From Lama guanicoe (taxonomy: Eukaryota), in NCBI GenBank assembly GCA_013239625.1, contig MU053379.1, positions 3,144,866 through 3,208,865 on the forward strand: a DNA stretch of 64,000 nt. Reading direction: 5' to 3'. The notes under the pieces are model-generated. The model was not told the DNA's origin. It saw only the letters and a program-made list of their open reading frames with translations, and did no database searches. The first letter of the stretch is position 1, and every line of letters begins with the position of its first letter. This document shows positions 36,710 through 50,030 of the stretch, one piece after another. The position numbers and the translations under genes are program-made.

Positions 36710-39700
36710 AGAAGAGCATGATGGGAAAAAGGTCAAGTGATTACAAAAAAAAAAATGAAACAATTTAACAAAGTCAGTTAGAATTTACGTTCCTTGCCTC
36801 AAGTTATTAGTGTGTATGTAAGGGCCTGTCTCCGATCTGGAAGAGGGTAAATGTTCACTGGATGGTTTTTTGAAGCTTAGTTCAATGTAACTCATTATTA
36901 AGTATCAATGCTCCTAAATATTTCCTTAGCATGAAAGAGCGCTTTCCTTTTGGTAGGAAATTATTTTAATGAATGACTACAGTGTTTCTCCTTCTTAAAT
37001 CCCAAGAGTCAAAAAGGCTGAACATCAGATGACGCGAGTCTAAATGTTAAGGGCCTTCACACCACGAATGAACTGCAGCAGGAAATGAACTCGTCACTAG
37101 ATCTCAGTTTCCTGACAAACTCCCAGCTGCCACTCAAAGCCGGAATGGGTAGAGACGCTTTGGTTCACAGGAGTGATCTCTGGCCATCGAGAAAACATTT
37201 GCAGGCGTCATTGGCAGGAAGACTCTGCCTGGCAGCAGGTACAGTTGCGGGCTAACGTTCAGATACCCGAGTGCAAGTGTCTGGAAGGTGAAGCAACAGC
37301 TGATCACTGAGGGCAGTTTTGAAAATAATGACATTTAACCTATCACAGCAATTGCTCTCATAAAAGGCATGAACCACTGTGACGAGTAATAAAATCCAGC
37401 ATGAAAATATGACACTCTGGTGTTAGAAATCACGAAACTGAACACAGTCAGTCTTACCAAATTAAGTCGCCTATATGGAAAAAAATGCATTTAAAAGTGC
37501 TCAAGAAACATATTTAAAGAGGAAAGATTCTAGTGAGATACCCCTTCTTCGGTTCCTTTTTAGATGACATACTTGCCAAATTCAGTCAGAACAGTCTAAT
37601 GGTTATTCAGAGTGTGACGTGGAGGACAGTAGTTAATCTGATCACAGCAATGACATTTCTAATGCATTTACTTGGGGCGGCGTGGCGCTGTTATTTAATA
37701 ATAATGACTGCACTGTTATTGGCAACCTCACCCTGTTTACTAGAATGCTGATACATATTTAAAAATCCGTCTTTGAATAACGCAGGCTGAGCATGTGGAC
37801 AATAGAAGGGGTCGTTTGCTTTGCTGGCCTCCTTTGGGCCTTATCTGATCCGCCTGCCTCTGTTTGGAACAGGTCCCTGGGCTTTGTTATTGTGGACGCT
37901 CTGCTGTCTCCCTCCCATCTTTGACCTCGCTGGGTCCCCGCGTCTGATGCACTCATGACACCTCAGAGGAATGCAACCGAGAATTCACGGTCCCTGTGCT
38001 TTTTCAACATTCTTACGAACGCTCCCTTTTTCTTGCCTGGTTGGGGACCATTCCTCATGCCTGACTGGCCGGCCGCCAACCTTAAAATGGTTGCATCTGT
38101 AATTTGTGAGCAGGATTGAGTCCCTAAGACATTCTGCTCCTAGCGCTATTGGCTACGTTGGTGACAAGCTGGGACCCAGGCTCTCCTCACCTGAGGATTT
38201 TTCCAAGGGCGCGCTTTCTGATGAAGACGGGGGAGGTGCATCTGTAGCACAGCCGCATCTCAGCTCCATTTCCTTCTGAAATCATAAACCCAACTGTTCA
38301 GCTTCCGTTCAATGCTGCCCTCATTGGAACTTGAACGTTTTAATCCATCAAATGCAAGAATTTTTTTTAAAGAGAAGAGTAGGGGCCCCAAAAATGGACA
38401 GAGAAGCGTAATCCAAACCTCTGGGTATGGGCCGCCTCGCCCACACGGCCGCCTTTTGTTTATGCTCCCGGAGCTGGTGAACTTGAGGACTGGGGCAGAT
38501 GTGTAGTAAATCATCCTTTTAATGCACTGAATTGACTGGGTGACAGTTGTGCCAACCAGTCAGTATCTGTCGAGCGCCAGCTCCATGGCAGGTGTGGAAG
38601 TCAGGGCAGCTCGGACAGACGAGGCCCACCCAGCTCCGTGCAGTCCAGCTTGTCGCTGGCTCTTCCTGCCGGAGTTTTCACCCTGGGGGGTTCAGAGACC
38701 AGCAGCCGCTGGCACTGCGTGGTGTTCCCCTGCGAATGCAGGCTGAGGCTGTCTGCCCAGCGCAGTGCTGCCTGTTCTGGCGGCTACTGGAGGGCTTCCC
38801 GTCTGACGGGAGTAACAGAACCAGACGTGGCCCCGGGGCTCAGTAATAGGACCTGGGACTAGGGTCGGTGCGGCAGCGGGTGGCCGCGGGCAGCTCTTGC
38901 AGACCCAGGCGGACCAGCGGCGGGGAGGCAGGGTCCGGGCAGGGTCTGCCAGTCACCCTGGGGCAGGCCTGCACGGGGGCACTGCAGAGCAGGCTGGAGA
39001 CTGGCCTCGCTGTCAGGAGCTGCGGCTCCGGGTCCTGGCCGTGCCGGATACACAGGCTAAAATGCAGCGCTCGCTCCTCCGGCTGGAAGATCACCTGGGA
39101 GCTGGGGACCTAATGACCTCCAGTTTAATGAGAGAGAGTTTGATGAGCTTTCCTGTGTTAAACCACCCAGTCAGGGCGTCATTTAGCCAGTGACAACTGA
39201 GTTAAACAAAGGTCCCATTACCGATTTCCAAGATCAATCAAAAATTATTAGAATGACTTGATTAACCACAATTACATTACTTGGCGAGCAACTTTATTAT
39301 AACATATACAATATATTATATAATTATATGTGAGATATATAGAAGGTACACATATATCTCATTTAGAAATTTCAAAAGATTTTAAAGGATGTGGAGATAG
39401 ATATGCATAAGCTTATATTACTTGCCAGTTTTAAAACTATTAAATCTTTTGAACATCATCTTCTGTCTGTATATGGCTTTTTCAGGAAAGTATAACCAGG
39501 GCTTCTGCTGAGTGGTTCTAATATTGGCAGGGCCTCGCTCCAGGTACAGGTTTGTTAAGTGAATACATGATTTTGGCAGAGAGAATACGATGATGTTATG
39601 GTTGCCGGGGACACCGAGCATTGGGATTGGGTTCTCTGAGTCATGGTATACATGTTCCTGCGACGGGGATCTAGAAAGGCAGAAAGCGCTTCTTACAGGC

Positions 39701-40069
39701 TGGTTGATGAGAAACACACTGACCTGGCTGAGAAAGCTGCAGCTGGGGAATCATGTGAAAGGCGCAGATAATCTCTAAAACCCAGCCTGCCTCCCCCCTC
39801 CCCGGCTGCCCAGACCATGGTTTCAAGCAGTCTTCGGAGAAGGGGACGTTGGACTGGATCTTACCCTGGCGTGTTGGATGGGCCACACCCTCCTCTGACC
39901 TCCCACGTGGGAGGAGACAAGCCTGGATCACATTCGGTAGAATCTCGAGCCGTCCTCCGGCGCCGCGCACGGGCAGGCGCTGAGGGCGCTTCTGTGCCTT
40001 CCTCTGTCACTCCCTGCTGGGCGCTGGAAGAACATCACAGGGCGGTTAACACCACGGGTTCTGGAAAGG

Positions 40070-40200
40070 GGCAGGTCTGCTTCCGACTGTGGCTTATGAC
40101 CTCGGGCAAGTTCCTTCCTCTCTCTGAGTCTGTGATGTCATCTGAAAACGTGGATGACGACACCTACTTCACCTGGTCATCGTGAGAATCCAACATTGTA
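40070..40200 (+). mobile_element. MIR SINE fragment
   Basis: tatgacctcgggcaagttccttcctctctctgagtctgtgatgtcatctgaaaacgtggatgacgacacctac. Confidence 0.7.
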
Positions 40201-42509
40201 CGTGTTTGCGGGCAGCCCGGGCTCACCAGCTCCAGGCCCTGCCCCGTCTGTGTCCGAGACGCTTTCCAGGAGGAGGCCCGATGCTGGTAACTGCTGGTTT
40301 TTGCCTGGCGTACGACCTGCCTACTGGGGGTTTTGTCTGGTTTTCTTCTTGCCCCTGTTTCTCAGTGTATAGAATCACTGCTTCAGGCAGTGAGCCTGCA
40401 TCAGGTCCGTGTCACTCGAGGGGCCACGTGCAGGCCCCCCAGGAGCTGGAGTCCCAGCGGCCTTAGGCTTCGCCAGGCCCGCAGCCCAGCCAGCCCGAGG
40501 CTCCAGCTCTCCACAAATGCCGTTTTCTGTCTCTGTCGTACTTCCTGTTTGCATAGATGATGACCCCTTTCTGAATCCAGCCAATTCTTCTTTCCTCGTA
40601 CCTCGTGCACCTGCCCCGTGTGTGCAGAAGAGAGGATTACTGAAGCAAGGACTCGGTACCCAATGTGAGCAGGAGACTCGCCCACACCGTCCCTCACATG
40701 TCACCTCCATCAGTGCCTGTTCTTCGCTCAGCAGCTGGTTCCGTGGCTGCTCCGGTTTCCTCCTGCTTCAGGGACCCGCACAGGAGTTATTCTCCACCTC
40801 AAGTGCTCTTACCACCCTCCCCAGTCCACAGCATCTCTTCATCCACCTGCTTCTTACCACCTTCAGATCCGGGACGGGCACAGTCAGCACTCAGAACAGA
40901 TCCCCTCCCAGCCCTTCCGTGGTGTCTGCGTTTCTCCCCAGCCTGGGTGTGCCTGTCTTTCAATGGCTCACACCTGTGACTCTTCTTCAGAGGATGATCA
41001 TCGAGCTACTGGGGCCACTTTGTCCCCAGAGAGCCAGAGTGCCTGGGAGTTTGTGGCCCCTGGGCTGGCTCTTAGGTTGTGACCACAGGCGCGTGTGGAA
41101 GCCCAGCCCCCTCCTCGGGTGACCTGCTCTGGCCACAGCTTACACTCCAGAGTCCCGGGGGGACCCAGCGAGGTCACCCTCTGTGACACTCTGCCTGTCG
41201 GCCCCTTGAAAGTCTCCCTCTCTCTACCTGTCCTGCCTCTCTCACTCCTGGCTGATTTCTCCCGGGACCAGCTCCCTAATAATCGCTCTCGGCACAGTCA
41301 GTAATTAGATATTCATGTGTTTGCTCACTACTTTATTTCAGCCCTCAGTTCCAAGCTGAAAGTCCCATGAGACAGGAATCAGCGTGTGGATCAGCATTTG
41401 GACGGCAACGAGTGTGGCTCCTGGCATTCAGCCAATGCGCGTCCCATCAACAAATGAACGGACCTGAGGGAGGAAGACTAGAGTCACGGGCGCACGTGCG
41501 CAGGTGGCCTGCACGGGGCTTTAGGGTCCGACCCCCTGCAAAGCTTTCAAGCCTTAAGTCCAACCCCCAGAAGCTCGTTTAAAGACATCAATACCCTTCA
41601 AAATCAAGGAGACATCGCAAATACTCAAGCGTCCCCCTCTCTCGGGGTATTGTAAGTCTGGCTGAACCCTTCAATACACTTAATTCACCATTACTTACTC
41701 GTCCTTTATTACCTCCATATGCATCGTGTGAGTTTGTGTATGTATATTTATAGAAATTCTTATTATTCGGGTTCATAAAATATCTTTTATGAGAGGAACT
41801 ATCCATGACTGACCCAGATGCACAAGAGGAAATGTTTCATTTCTCAAGAAAATGCCTTCTGTGCAGCCCGACACCTCCCTCTTCCGTGTGCTTTACCCTT
41901 GGGACCTAATGGTTCTAAAAATTGAAGCAGCTGCTTGGCTCATAATTTATTGACCTACTGTGTGCCTAACAAGTGGGCCTGAACTATAGTCAGCCGGGGC
42001 AGTTTTTGTCGATGCCAGACACTGGATCCTGCACTTGGGGAAAGCGTCTAGGATGAAGCTCTTCTGATATTCACGACTGTGTGCACGTGAGTCTGTGTAC
42101 CTGTCTGTCCGTCAGTCTGTCTGTGAATGAAAAGAGAGGGACAGAGAGGTTTGTGGGGAGAAACTCAAGTAAGTGCATTTCATCTCCTTTACTGGTCACA
42201 GAAACAGCACTGTCTGAAAAAGAACAGACCCAGCATATTGCATCTCAACCGCAAGGTCAAAAAAGCCTGAACCTGCAAAAGACTAGGCTTGCAGGATACC
42301 AGAGACTTGGTATGGAGGACGGAGCTAGCTTGGTTGTAAAAATACAATTAGCATATACTTCTTTACAGCCTTTTAAAATAAGCATTAAATGGTTTTAATG
42401 AAATCACTGTGCATCTGAACAGACTAATGTTTAGGGGGATGTGACCATGCTCGTCCCACAGCTCGTCAGATGTTTGTGAACGACAAGCTGTAAAGAGCGG
42501 TTGCCCCCT

Positions 42510-42663
42510 TTGGTGGAGGTTATGGACGCTTCGGAACTCTAATGAAAGCTGGGAACGCTCTCCCCAGAAAAGAATCACACCCACAATTTTGCATACAGTT
42601 TCCAGGGGTTCACTGATCATCTGAAAGTCATGCATGATTCCCAGAGTAAGAACCTCTTCTCTA
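42510..42663 (+). mobile_element. hAT-Charlie MITE (MER117-like)
   Basis: tctaatgaaagctgggaacgctctccccagaaaa...aattttgcatacagtttccaggggttcac...cccagagtaagaacctct. Confidence 0.65.
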
Positions 42664-43799
42664 AAGGAAATATAACAAGGAACCATGATTTAAAGGGAAT
42701 TGTGGAGTTAACTTTGAAAGGTTCTCAGAAAGAACTTAGTCCTTACTCTCATTTTTAGATTCAGGCAGAAGTCTGGGGAGTGTATGTCTTAGTGAAAGCC
42801 ATGCGACAAATCTGTGACAGAGCTAGGGGCTTGGATGCTGTCTGAGATCCACTTCTCTAGAAGGAGACCCTGAACAGGTGCTCCCAGGGGGGACCAGCAA
42901 GGGAGTGGAGGGGGCAGGACAGAGACGAGGAAGAGGTCATGAGGGTCTTCTCTCAGGCAAACACCTGCAGAGGAGGTGCTACAGGGACCTGGAATTAAGT
43001 CCCACCCAAGGAACGGGTCAGTGGGCTCCAGGTGGCACATCTCCCATACTGGCTGAGAGGGAAGTGGGCATGAACACCTGGGAACCAGTAACCCAAGAGC
43101 AGTTCTTAAAAAAACAAAAACAAAAAACTGCAGGTACCAGTAAAAGGGGACGTGACCTGCTACCAGGTGGAAGGCAGCTGATGTCAGACCCGACGTTTCC
43201 CGACCCCGTGCTGCTGCCCCCAAAGAGACACAGGTAGACTCTTTGGTGAGTGACTCAGTGCTCGCTCTCCCAAGCCAGAAGACTACAGGACATGTAATAT
43301 TTATGTTAGACTCTAGCCTGAGAGCATGAGGGCTCCCAGACCTCCAGCTGCAAGCCTTGTGCACAGTGGCACCAGCAACCAGAGCTGCCACGTGGCATCT
43401 TCCTCCTGGAGCAGCCGTGGGGCACATGGCCCTGGGGGTTCTATTCTGCCCCACTTTGTAAAGCCGCCAGCAGCTCTGCCCTGAAGAGCACCCTCCATCC
43501 CAACCTTACAAACACCTCCTACCAGCGCTAGGCAGGTTTGCTTCTTTCTGCTGAGCGTCTCACGTTGCAGGGCTGAGATCCCCACTTCCCTCCTGAGAAA
43601 CATCACTGCATTGCAGGAGAGATGTGGGCACCCGTGCTTCCTAGTCTTGAAACGTCTCCCCCGAGCCAACAGAAATGACTTTTGATTTAACCATGTGGCG
43701 AAATCCCAAAGACTGAAGCTGCGTGCTTGTGCCTCTGCTCCGAGTTTACAAACTGCCGAGAAGAAAGATCAACAGCTCAACAGAGTTAGAGGCAAGGGA

Positions 43800-44205
43800 G
43801 ATGAAAAAGCATGTACTAACGGACCATGGCCAGGACATAAATAAAAATACAACTGTCATCCACAATCTGCAGCAACCGGTCCAGGGAGCCAAGCCACTAA
43901 CTCTGCAGCAACCGACCCCCAAAGCTGGGACTTAATTCATAACCGACAGCTTCCCTAACTGATGCCCCCACATCCAACCAGTAACCAACCAGAGAAGGCA
44001 GACGCGCGCTCTAACCAGCCCCGCAGGATTCTCGCCGCTGGCCAGCCCGCCTCCAGCTTCCCCAGGGTTCCCCCGGGCACACCTGACCTGAAGCAGCCTC
44101 TTCTCTCGGCTGTGAGGCTTCCCCACTCGCCCTCCTGCCTTTGAGTCTCTGCCAGGCGGAGATCAGGGTGGCTGACACCCTCGCCATCAAAAGCTCTGTA
44201 ACCTT
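43800..44205 (+). mobile_element. ERVL-class LTR (MER54/MER73-like, family uncertain)
   Basis: Duplicated tctgcagcaaccg motif, cagcttccctaa, accaaccagagaa and cctttgagtctctgcca...ggtggctgac. Confidence 0.6.
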
Positions 44206-44329
44206 TACATGTCCACATCTGGCCAGTCTTTATTTATTTCCACATGGTTCATAGAGAAAATAACAAATGACCAATAAACGTGGCCACGCTGGGGGGAGTG
44301 GGGGAGGGAACTTAACTGTGACTAATTTT

Positions 44330-44640
44330 AAAAGAAACACAAATGAAAACAACCATGAAACACTTCTATTGCTTGGTTTGGAGGGAAGTTTGAAAATATT
44401 TAAGCAAAAGGTAAAAGTGTATGTGCCCTTTAGCCTGGTCATTCCCATTCCAGCAATGCATTTTGCAGACAGCGTCTCACAAATGCGCAGTTGCGTGGGA
44501 AGATGTCACAGTTTCAAGTCTGTACAGGCCACATGTCCAACAGGGGAATGGATGACAGACGAGAATCCACGCAATGGCATTCTGTGAGACTATCCAAAGA
44601 ATAAAATGTTGGTGATAGGGACAGGGCAAGATGGATGGGA
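44330..44640 (+). mobile_element. very old L1 ORF2 3' remnant
   Basis: tgtgccctttagcctggtcattcccattccagcaat...catgtccaacaggggaatggat. Confidence 0.55.
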
Positions 44641-44679
44641 GAGAGGAAAAAGCCGAACAAAACGTGTGAGTGTCGCTTT

Positions 44680-45570
44680 TAAACACCCGCGTGCGCCCGG
44701 GCACCCCTCTGGCCGTTCCGCACAATGGCGATCGTGGATCATCCCACGGGTGGGGCTGGAAGGACGGGAGAGGGGCTGCCACTTGATGCACTGCTCATCG
44801 TTCGCAGTTTTAGGATGCTCGTGTATTACCTCGGCAATGCAAACGTTAAAATAAAAAGGACCCGCTGGGAAACGCGGTGGTCGGCAGGGAACGCGGTCCC
44901 GAGGCCGATTGCTCACTCCATCACTGTTTCCCCACTTCTCCCCTTAATGCGGCTGAGTCACGCAGGCTGCGGCTTGGCTCTGACAGTAGCCTTGATCCGG
45001 GGACGGTAGCCAGGGTGACGGGGAGCCCACGTCACCGACCAGGCCCCCCACGCCTCGTCGGAGGCGAGGCAGACCTGCGCGGGTGCGGGAGCCGGCGGCG
45101 CGTTGGTCCGCTGTGGGCCCGCAGGCGCGCGTCCACGCTGGCGGAGCTGCGTGAACAGCGGGCGCTCAGCATCTGCGCAGGGCCGACTTCTTTTAAAAGC
45201 GGTTTTGTTTGTTTGGGGGGGGGGTTCATTTACTAGGTTCATTTACTTATGTTTTCATTTTAACGGAGGTCCTGGGGATTGAACCCGGGACCTCACGCAC
45301 GCTAAGCCCTGTATCCTCCCACCAGGGTCAACATTTGTTTTTTCCATTTGACCATTTTTGAGGGAAATCTTTCTTAAATGAATTCCACAAACTCTTATCT
45401 CCTCAAAGAAAGTGCAGTGATCGTGACACCACCCGCTGCTGACGGCCTGGAGGCGAGGCCCGCCGGCTGATCCCGGAGCCGGGGCTTATTCCGGTGCCCG
45501 GTCCGGTCCGGGAGAGACCGAGGCGGCTGGGGAGACCCGCCGACTTCGACCCTCCGCCAAACTCTGCGGT
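44680..45570. promoter_or_regulatory. CpG-rich region split by a SINE
   Basis: Dense CpGs at 44870-45190 and 45420-45570 in otherwise unique sequence. Confidence 0.4.
45200..45321 (-). mobile_element. camelid SINE copy with internal deletion
   Basis: ggaggtcctggggattgaacccgggacctcacgcacgctaagc with T-rich tail; the A-box region is missing. Confidence 0.85.
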
Positions 45571-45624
45571 TCTGCATCCCCTTCTCCTTTGAAATTTTCT
45601 GCCACTTCTCCCACTTTCAGTCAT

Positions 45625-45960
45625 TTGTTTTGGTTTGTTTTGGTTTTAGTTTTAAATTTTCATACAGTTTTTAAAGGTTACCTTCTAGTCACTACAAACT
45701 ATTGGCTGGGCTCCCTGAGCCTGTCTCACACCCGGCAGTTCGTGCCTCCCCTCCCCCACCCTTCGACCGGCCCTCCCCTCCCCACTGGTAACCACTCATT
45801 TGTTCTCTGTATCTGCGAGTTTCTTTGGTTTTGTTTTGTTTTGTTTGTTTGTTTGTTTTTCTGTTATACTCAATGAGCGTGTGAAAGTTCCTCTTTTATC
45901 CTTGTGTGTTTCTCTACTTCTCGGACACAAGGCGTAGCACTGAGTGGCTTTTCTCTTCAA
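45625..45960 (-). mobile_element. L1 3' UTR fragment
   Basis: ctccccactggtaaccactcatttgttctctgtatctgcgagt. Confidence 0.75.
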
Positions 45961-46744
45961 TCCTACCCATGGTTCTTTCTGCAGAAATATCAACGTGTAC
46001 TTGCGGAGTCTCCGTTGAAGACAGGATTATGGAGCTGAACGCACATAACTCAATCAGTAACTTTATGTCTGCTCCTCCAGCAGTGTATCTGAGAACCCAG
46101 ATCATTTTCTCCAAAGCTTCCTGATCTCCCCAGCAGCTGGTGCTCATTATAACCCCATCACCCACCTGGACAAGTGCCCACCATACTCCGCTCTCAGACT
46201 TCCTCATCAGCCATTGTGTTCAAGGGGGCACCCTCCACTGGCCTCACAACCTACCATGGTGGGAAGAGTTGTTCTAACCATCCCTTCCAAACTTCAAGCT
46301 CTTACAAAACTGTGAAGACTCTTAAGTGGCTGTTGACTTGAATGTGATAACAGTTGGCTCATGGTGAGATCGCACTGGGGTCCCTTGCCCTGCCCTAAAA
46401 GGAGATACGTGTTTTCTCCTTGTACTGCAGGGTTCTGGCATGAGATTGGCATACCTGCATTTTAGCCTCGTGGAAACCTCCTGGCAGGCTCTGACAAGGT
46501 GCAATGCTGCCCTGGCAAAGATCTTAGTGGCTTCATGGCCACTTAGTGGGACCAATCTTGGTCCCCTGAGTCCTCCTTGAACTTCAGGACGTCTCCCCAA
46601 CTCAGTTCCATGCTAGAATATGGGCAACATTTTCAAAGAGAGTTGTACCTGGGCAAAGGGGTGATCACAGCCTCCTCTTCCCCACCATGGTTCCCTTACC
46701 AAGCTCCAGTGTCTTCAGTGACATTGAGTGGAGCCAGTTATCCA

Positions 46745-47255
46745 ACTCTCTTGGTTTGGGTTCCTCCAGAAGCCATCCCTGGGGCAAAAACTTAGGAGAG
46801 AGGAATTTACTGAGGAGACAAGTCCAGGAACTACTGTGAGGCAAGAAAGCAAGGGAAGGGAGAGCACTATTTCAGGGTGTTAACAAGGAGGCTAATGCTG
46901 TGAACAGCTGGGGTTCAATCCTGCTGGGATCTCTGGGTGATTGTCTCAAACACACACGGAGTTGTCCCACTGGGAAAAACCTGGGGCACTATTTCATCAA
47001 CCTCCATCTATCGTGAAAAAAACAAAAAACAAAAAACAAAACCTCCATCTGTCATTGGTTAGGACCACTTCTGGGAGCATTGACCATCTGGTAGCCAAAA
47101 ATGTCCTATGACCAAAGTCCTTGGGAAGAAAGAAACTCAGGTGTTTGAAGCCGAAAGCCATCAGCCTGTACAGAAAGAGTTTACTCAAGATACAGGTGAC
47201 CTCTGCGGTGGACTGGTGGGCTGTGAGCAGAGCTCTGGCATCACGTGCTACACAA
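46745..47255 (-). mobile_element. LTR16-like ERVL LTR
   Basis: ttgggttcctccagaagccatccctggggcaa...tttactgaggaga...ctgtgaacagctggggttcaatcctgctggga. Confidence 0.6.
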
Positions 47256-47474
47256 GCCAGCAGCCAACACAAAGATAAACCATTCACTTTGCCTTTTATA
47301 ATGGTACTCCTGATAACTGAATGGTTTGCCGGTGAGTGATCTGACAAGTCCGTGGGTTGTCTCAGACCCTGGAAACAGCAGCAGAGGTCACTCTCAGGGC
47401 AGAATATCTAGAAAAACCAGGACATAATGCAAAGTCAAGAGGAATCCGCAACCAGCTAATGAGGTTGTGAAGAT

Positions 47475-47940
47475 CTTGTGAAGCCTCAGTAATGAAAATT
47501 GTGTGATACTGGCACACAGATCAATAGAACAGAATATAAAATCCAGTAGTAGACTCCACAATGTAAAAGCAAGTGGTATGTGATAAGGGAGGCATTTCAA
47601 ATCAGTGGGAAATCAGTGAACTATTCAATGTCAGGGCCATCTGAGTAGCCATCTGGAAAAAAATAAAGTTTGCTCCATTCCTTACCCTTCATTCTTTACC
47701 CTTCATTCAACAGAATTAACTCCACATGGATCAAAGATTTAAATATTTTAAAAATCTTTTTACTTCAAATTAAAAAAAAACACAGAAGATTTTCTTTTTT
47801 TTTTTTATAATCTTGGAGGAGATGAGATATTTCCATGGTGACTCAAAATCTAGAAGCTATAAAGGAAAAGATTGAAGTGACAGTAATTTTTTTTAACAAA
47901 TCTGCATGACAAAATAAGTCAAGTCAAAGGGAAAAAATAT
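47475..47940 (+). mobile_element. old L1 ORF2 remnant
   Basis: cagtaatgaaaattgtgtgatactggcac...gatcaatagaacagaata...ggcatttcaaatcagtggg...aattaactccacatggatcaaagatttaaat. Confidence 0.8.
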
Positions 47941-48699
47941 TCATGGCTTATAGCAGAGCTTACACTTTAAAAACTAGTCAAAAAATGTGAATAATGCAGA
48001 TTGAACTTTCGCTGTGTCTGTAGCCATCACATCGCGAGCAGCGCACAGCTGAGGGGATATTCTTCCATCATTCAAAAACGAGAATTTGACTAAGAAGTCA
48101 CTCATGTCCCTGATGAGTGAGTAACATCCCAACACACATCCCCATTGTTCCACTTTCATCTTGACTTACACAAAGATATCAACACTTTCATCCATAGCAA
48201 CCAATTGATGGGGGTACCAATGGCATTAGGGTCAGGCATTGACCGTTAAGTCACAGAGCAAGCCGGATGGCTGGAGTTTTTAACAAGCACATATGAGACC
48301 CCCCCTGGGAGCCCCCAGAAATAACTGAGCTTGGCAGAGAGTGGTGCATAAAGAGATGGGTCCTAATGAGCTGCCTTAATTGGCTACTAATGTCAGGGTG
48401 ACCTCATTTGTACCTACAGCCAGTGAGACCCAGGGACATCCAGGTTACAATTAATGATGGATTGAGGGTGACATTTTGCATGACAAATACCAAAACAGCT
48501 TGGCAATGCTTTTCACTAAAAGGGTGAGGCTGTGTCTTCAGGGTGAACGAGACCAGCTGAGGTGCGCACAGCTGGTGCTGCTGGCGAGGGACTGCGCTCA
48601 CGGGAAGAGCGATGTGATGCAGTGCAAATCTGAAGACGTGGGTCCTGCCTGTGACTCTGGAAGTTACCAGCCTTGTGACTGGGGTCCATAGAACTTTGG

Positions 48700-49105
48700 A
48701 TTTGCACTTCAGCAAAGCAGTCTCATGAGGTGGATGCCGCTGGAGCCCAGTCCTCAGGGCTGTTGGACACTGGGGCTGCCGACGGCTCACAGCTGCCCAT
48801 CTTTTCTGGAAAACTGCCCTCAGCAGATGGATCTGCCTCACCTGGGAAGTTACAGCCCCCTCTCCCACCCCGGGCAGCCCCAGCTGGTGACCTTGCCCCA
48901 AGACGGGCAACTCTGCAGCCTAGCTCGGGCTCGAAGACCCCTCGCCCACCATCGCATGGATCAGCTGGGACCACATCCTTGGGGGACTCCTTCCTCTGCC
49001 CCCATCCTGCTTCACCCCCTCCCTTACTGAGATTCCTCCCTCAACAGTTCACATGCATCTGAATCCGTGTCCCAGGCTCTGCTTCCTGAGGAGCCGACTT
49101 AAAGG
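48700..49105 (+). mobile_element. LTR16-like ERVL LTR
   Basis: 3' end tgaatccgtgtcccaggctctgcttcctgaggagccgactta; 5' boundary uncertain. Confidence 0.5.
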
Positions 49106-49563
49106 AGTTTTATTTTCCGATCTGTCAGTTTTGTAGCGTTGTCATTGTTTGAGGCCAACCAGTGAGACTGGGTTGAACTGAGCCAGGTAGTGAGCCATGG
49201 GAACACCTGCAGGGTCCCAGGTCCAGGACAAGTAAAGAAGTCGGTAGCAGACACGAGTCAGCTCCAGGCCGAGGTGAGGCCAGGACAGAGCCCAAGAGGG
49301 GACACAAAATCCTCCAGGAGTGAGTTGGGCCAGGCTGGTTGGGGGTCAGGCTGGGCCCGACCAGGAAAAGTCAAGTAAGTCCACCTGAAAATGGAGGTTC
49401 TGCATCGTTTCTGTTCGAGTAAGTGGGTCTCACTGGCTAACTGTGGTCTAGACCACGTGTTGCCTTTCTGAAAGCAAGACAAGGAAACCTCCCCTGAGGT
49501 CCTCCAGACCTGAGCCTGTGGGACTCCGTGTGGGTAAAATTACATCAAGAAACACCACTTGGG

Positions 49564-49698
49564 AGGGAGGAGTGTATAGCTCAGTGGTACATGCCTAGCA
49601 TGCAAGATGCCTTGGGCTCAATCCATTAAAAATAAATAAATAAGCCTAATTACCCCCCCTCAAAAAACCTCCACAAAATTAAAAAAAAAAAACAAAGA
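49564..49698 (+). mobile_element. camelid SINE copy, degenerate
   Basis: gtatagctcagtggtacatgcctagcatgcaag...aataagcctaattacccccc. Imperfect TSD at 49547-49563 and 49699-49715. Confidence 0.85.
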
Positions 49699-49774
49699 AA
49701 GAAATACCGGTTGGGGAAGCTGAGATGCCTTTTGGTGGCATTAAGATAAACCAAGAAATATCAGACTTGCAGGA

Positions 49775-50030
49775 CACAGTGAGAGCCTTTAGTTCATGTC
49801 TCAGGAAAGAAAAAAGGCTGAAACCCCATGGTCTAAGCTACCACATCCAGAAGCCAGAAGAACCGCAAAGCAGAGGAGAGAAAATAAAAGAAATAAAGGA
49901 GCAGAAAGCAAGGAAACAGGAAATAAACATATAGTAGAGAAAATCCATAAAGCCAAAAGCGGGCTATTTGAAGACTGATAAAATTCATAAACCTCTAGCA
50001 AGACTGAGCAAGAAAAAGAGAAGCGAGATG
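49775..50030 (+). mobile_element. old L1 ORF2 remnant
   Basis: Encodes EKIHKAKSGLFE...KPLARL-like sequence of L1 ORF2p. Confidence 0.75.

Noticed and set aside
40409..41122. 237-aa ORF
   Set aside because: Low-complexity composition, no recognisable homology, no supporting gene structure
48098..48120. Hairpin tcactcat-N7-atgagtga containing CTGATGA (hammerhead core-like)
   Set aside because: No stem II followed by GAAA and no cleavage triplet arrangement; an 8-bp inverted repeat is expected by chance in 64 kb
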